Translations under genes and position numbers: made by a program
Part shown: piece after piece, positions 63,297 to 64,000 of the stretch
How positions within the stretch are numbered: the stretch's first letter is position 1
Layout of the letters: every line of letters starts with the position of its first letter
Assembly: GCA_047967505.1 (NCBI GenBank)
Contig: CM106538.1
Source: Dipteris shenzhenensis
Taxonomy: Eukaryota
Length of the DNA: 64,000 nucleotides
Reading direction: 5' to 3' (one strand)
Notes under the pieces: model-generated
The model's database searches: none
What the model saw: only the letters and a program-made list of their open reading frames with translations
What the model was told of the DNA's origin: nothing

Positions 63297-64000
63297 TTGT
63301 AACAGCCAGAAATTGGAGAGTCTCCTCTTTCTAGGCTGCTTTGTTATTTGCAGGATGTTTATTCCCTGCTAGTTTTGCATGGTAATTTGCAGGATGGTTC
63401 TTCCCTGCTAGTTTTGTTGTTTTTTGTATCAGTCAGAAGATGGAGAGTCTCCTCTTCTAGGCTGAATGGTAAATTGCAGAATAAGTAGTCCTTGTTACTG
63501 TTGGATTGCTCGTGTTGTCCGGCATGGCTAGAGCAGCACATCCATGTATCACATGCCTGTTTTGGATGCTCTTGTTGCCCGGCATGGCTCGAGCAGTAAA
63601 TCCATTTAGTACATGCTAGTTGGTTTTTTATTTGAACCATGAGACAAGGATCCAAGTCTAGCATAGATCGGCTGAACCGATTCAGCTTGCGGTGATGCAA
63701 GTCTGAAAGGATTTCGAGTACCAGGATCTATGTTCCTAGGATCCATTATTGTGATGTGTGTGTGGTTTCAAGTTATTGGAGGTTAGTGAACTAGCAGATT
63801 TCACTTAGAGTGGTGTAGTCCACTCAGTTGTTGTGCTTTGAGCTGACTTCGGTTGTAGCTCCTTCAGGCTCAGTAGAGCATAGGTCTAGAGCATTGCCTG
63901 ATGCTCAAGAGGGGGGTAGTTCCTCCAACCCCTTGTCAACAGACAGGCTCACGGTATCTATAAGTCGCTTGGTGACACTGTATGTCTCACCTGAGGTATT

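Overview
Plant nuclear DNA, probably from a large-genome non-seed plant such as a fern (inferred from the RTEX and Penelope-like content and the TE-filled introns). About 80-85% of the window (by-eye estimate) is nested retroelements. Four small minus-strand exons of a BIN4/MIDGET (DNA topoisomerase VI accessory subunit) gene run through it, separated by introns of 196 bp, 27.6 kb and 9.0 kb. Mobile content: four L1-type LINE copies (one nearly intact, 14-bp TSD), about nine RTEX/RTE-type LINE copies or fragments, one full-length and one partial chromodomain Gypsy element, two gag-only Copia-type LTR elements with TSDs, a 1.5-kb Gypsy-type LTR carrying an array of GTAC(GG) motifs, and a 5'-truncated Penelope-like element (PLE) of the Naiad/Chlamys type. 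The most unusual signal is in the PLE 3' region. All hammerhead-ribozyme core pieces (GUH triplet, stems I and III, CUGAUGA, GAAA) are in register there, but in a pseudoknotted order matching none of hammerhead types I-III. All calls were made by eye, and boundaries of degenerate copies are approximate.
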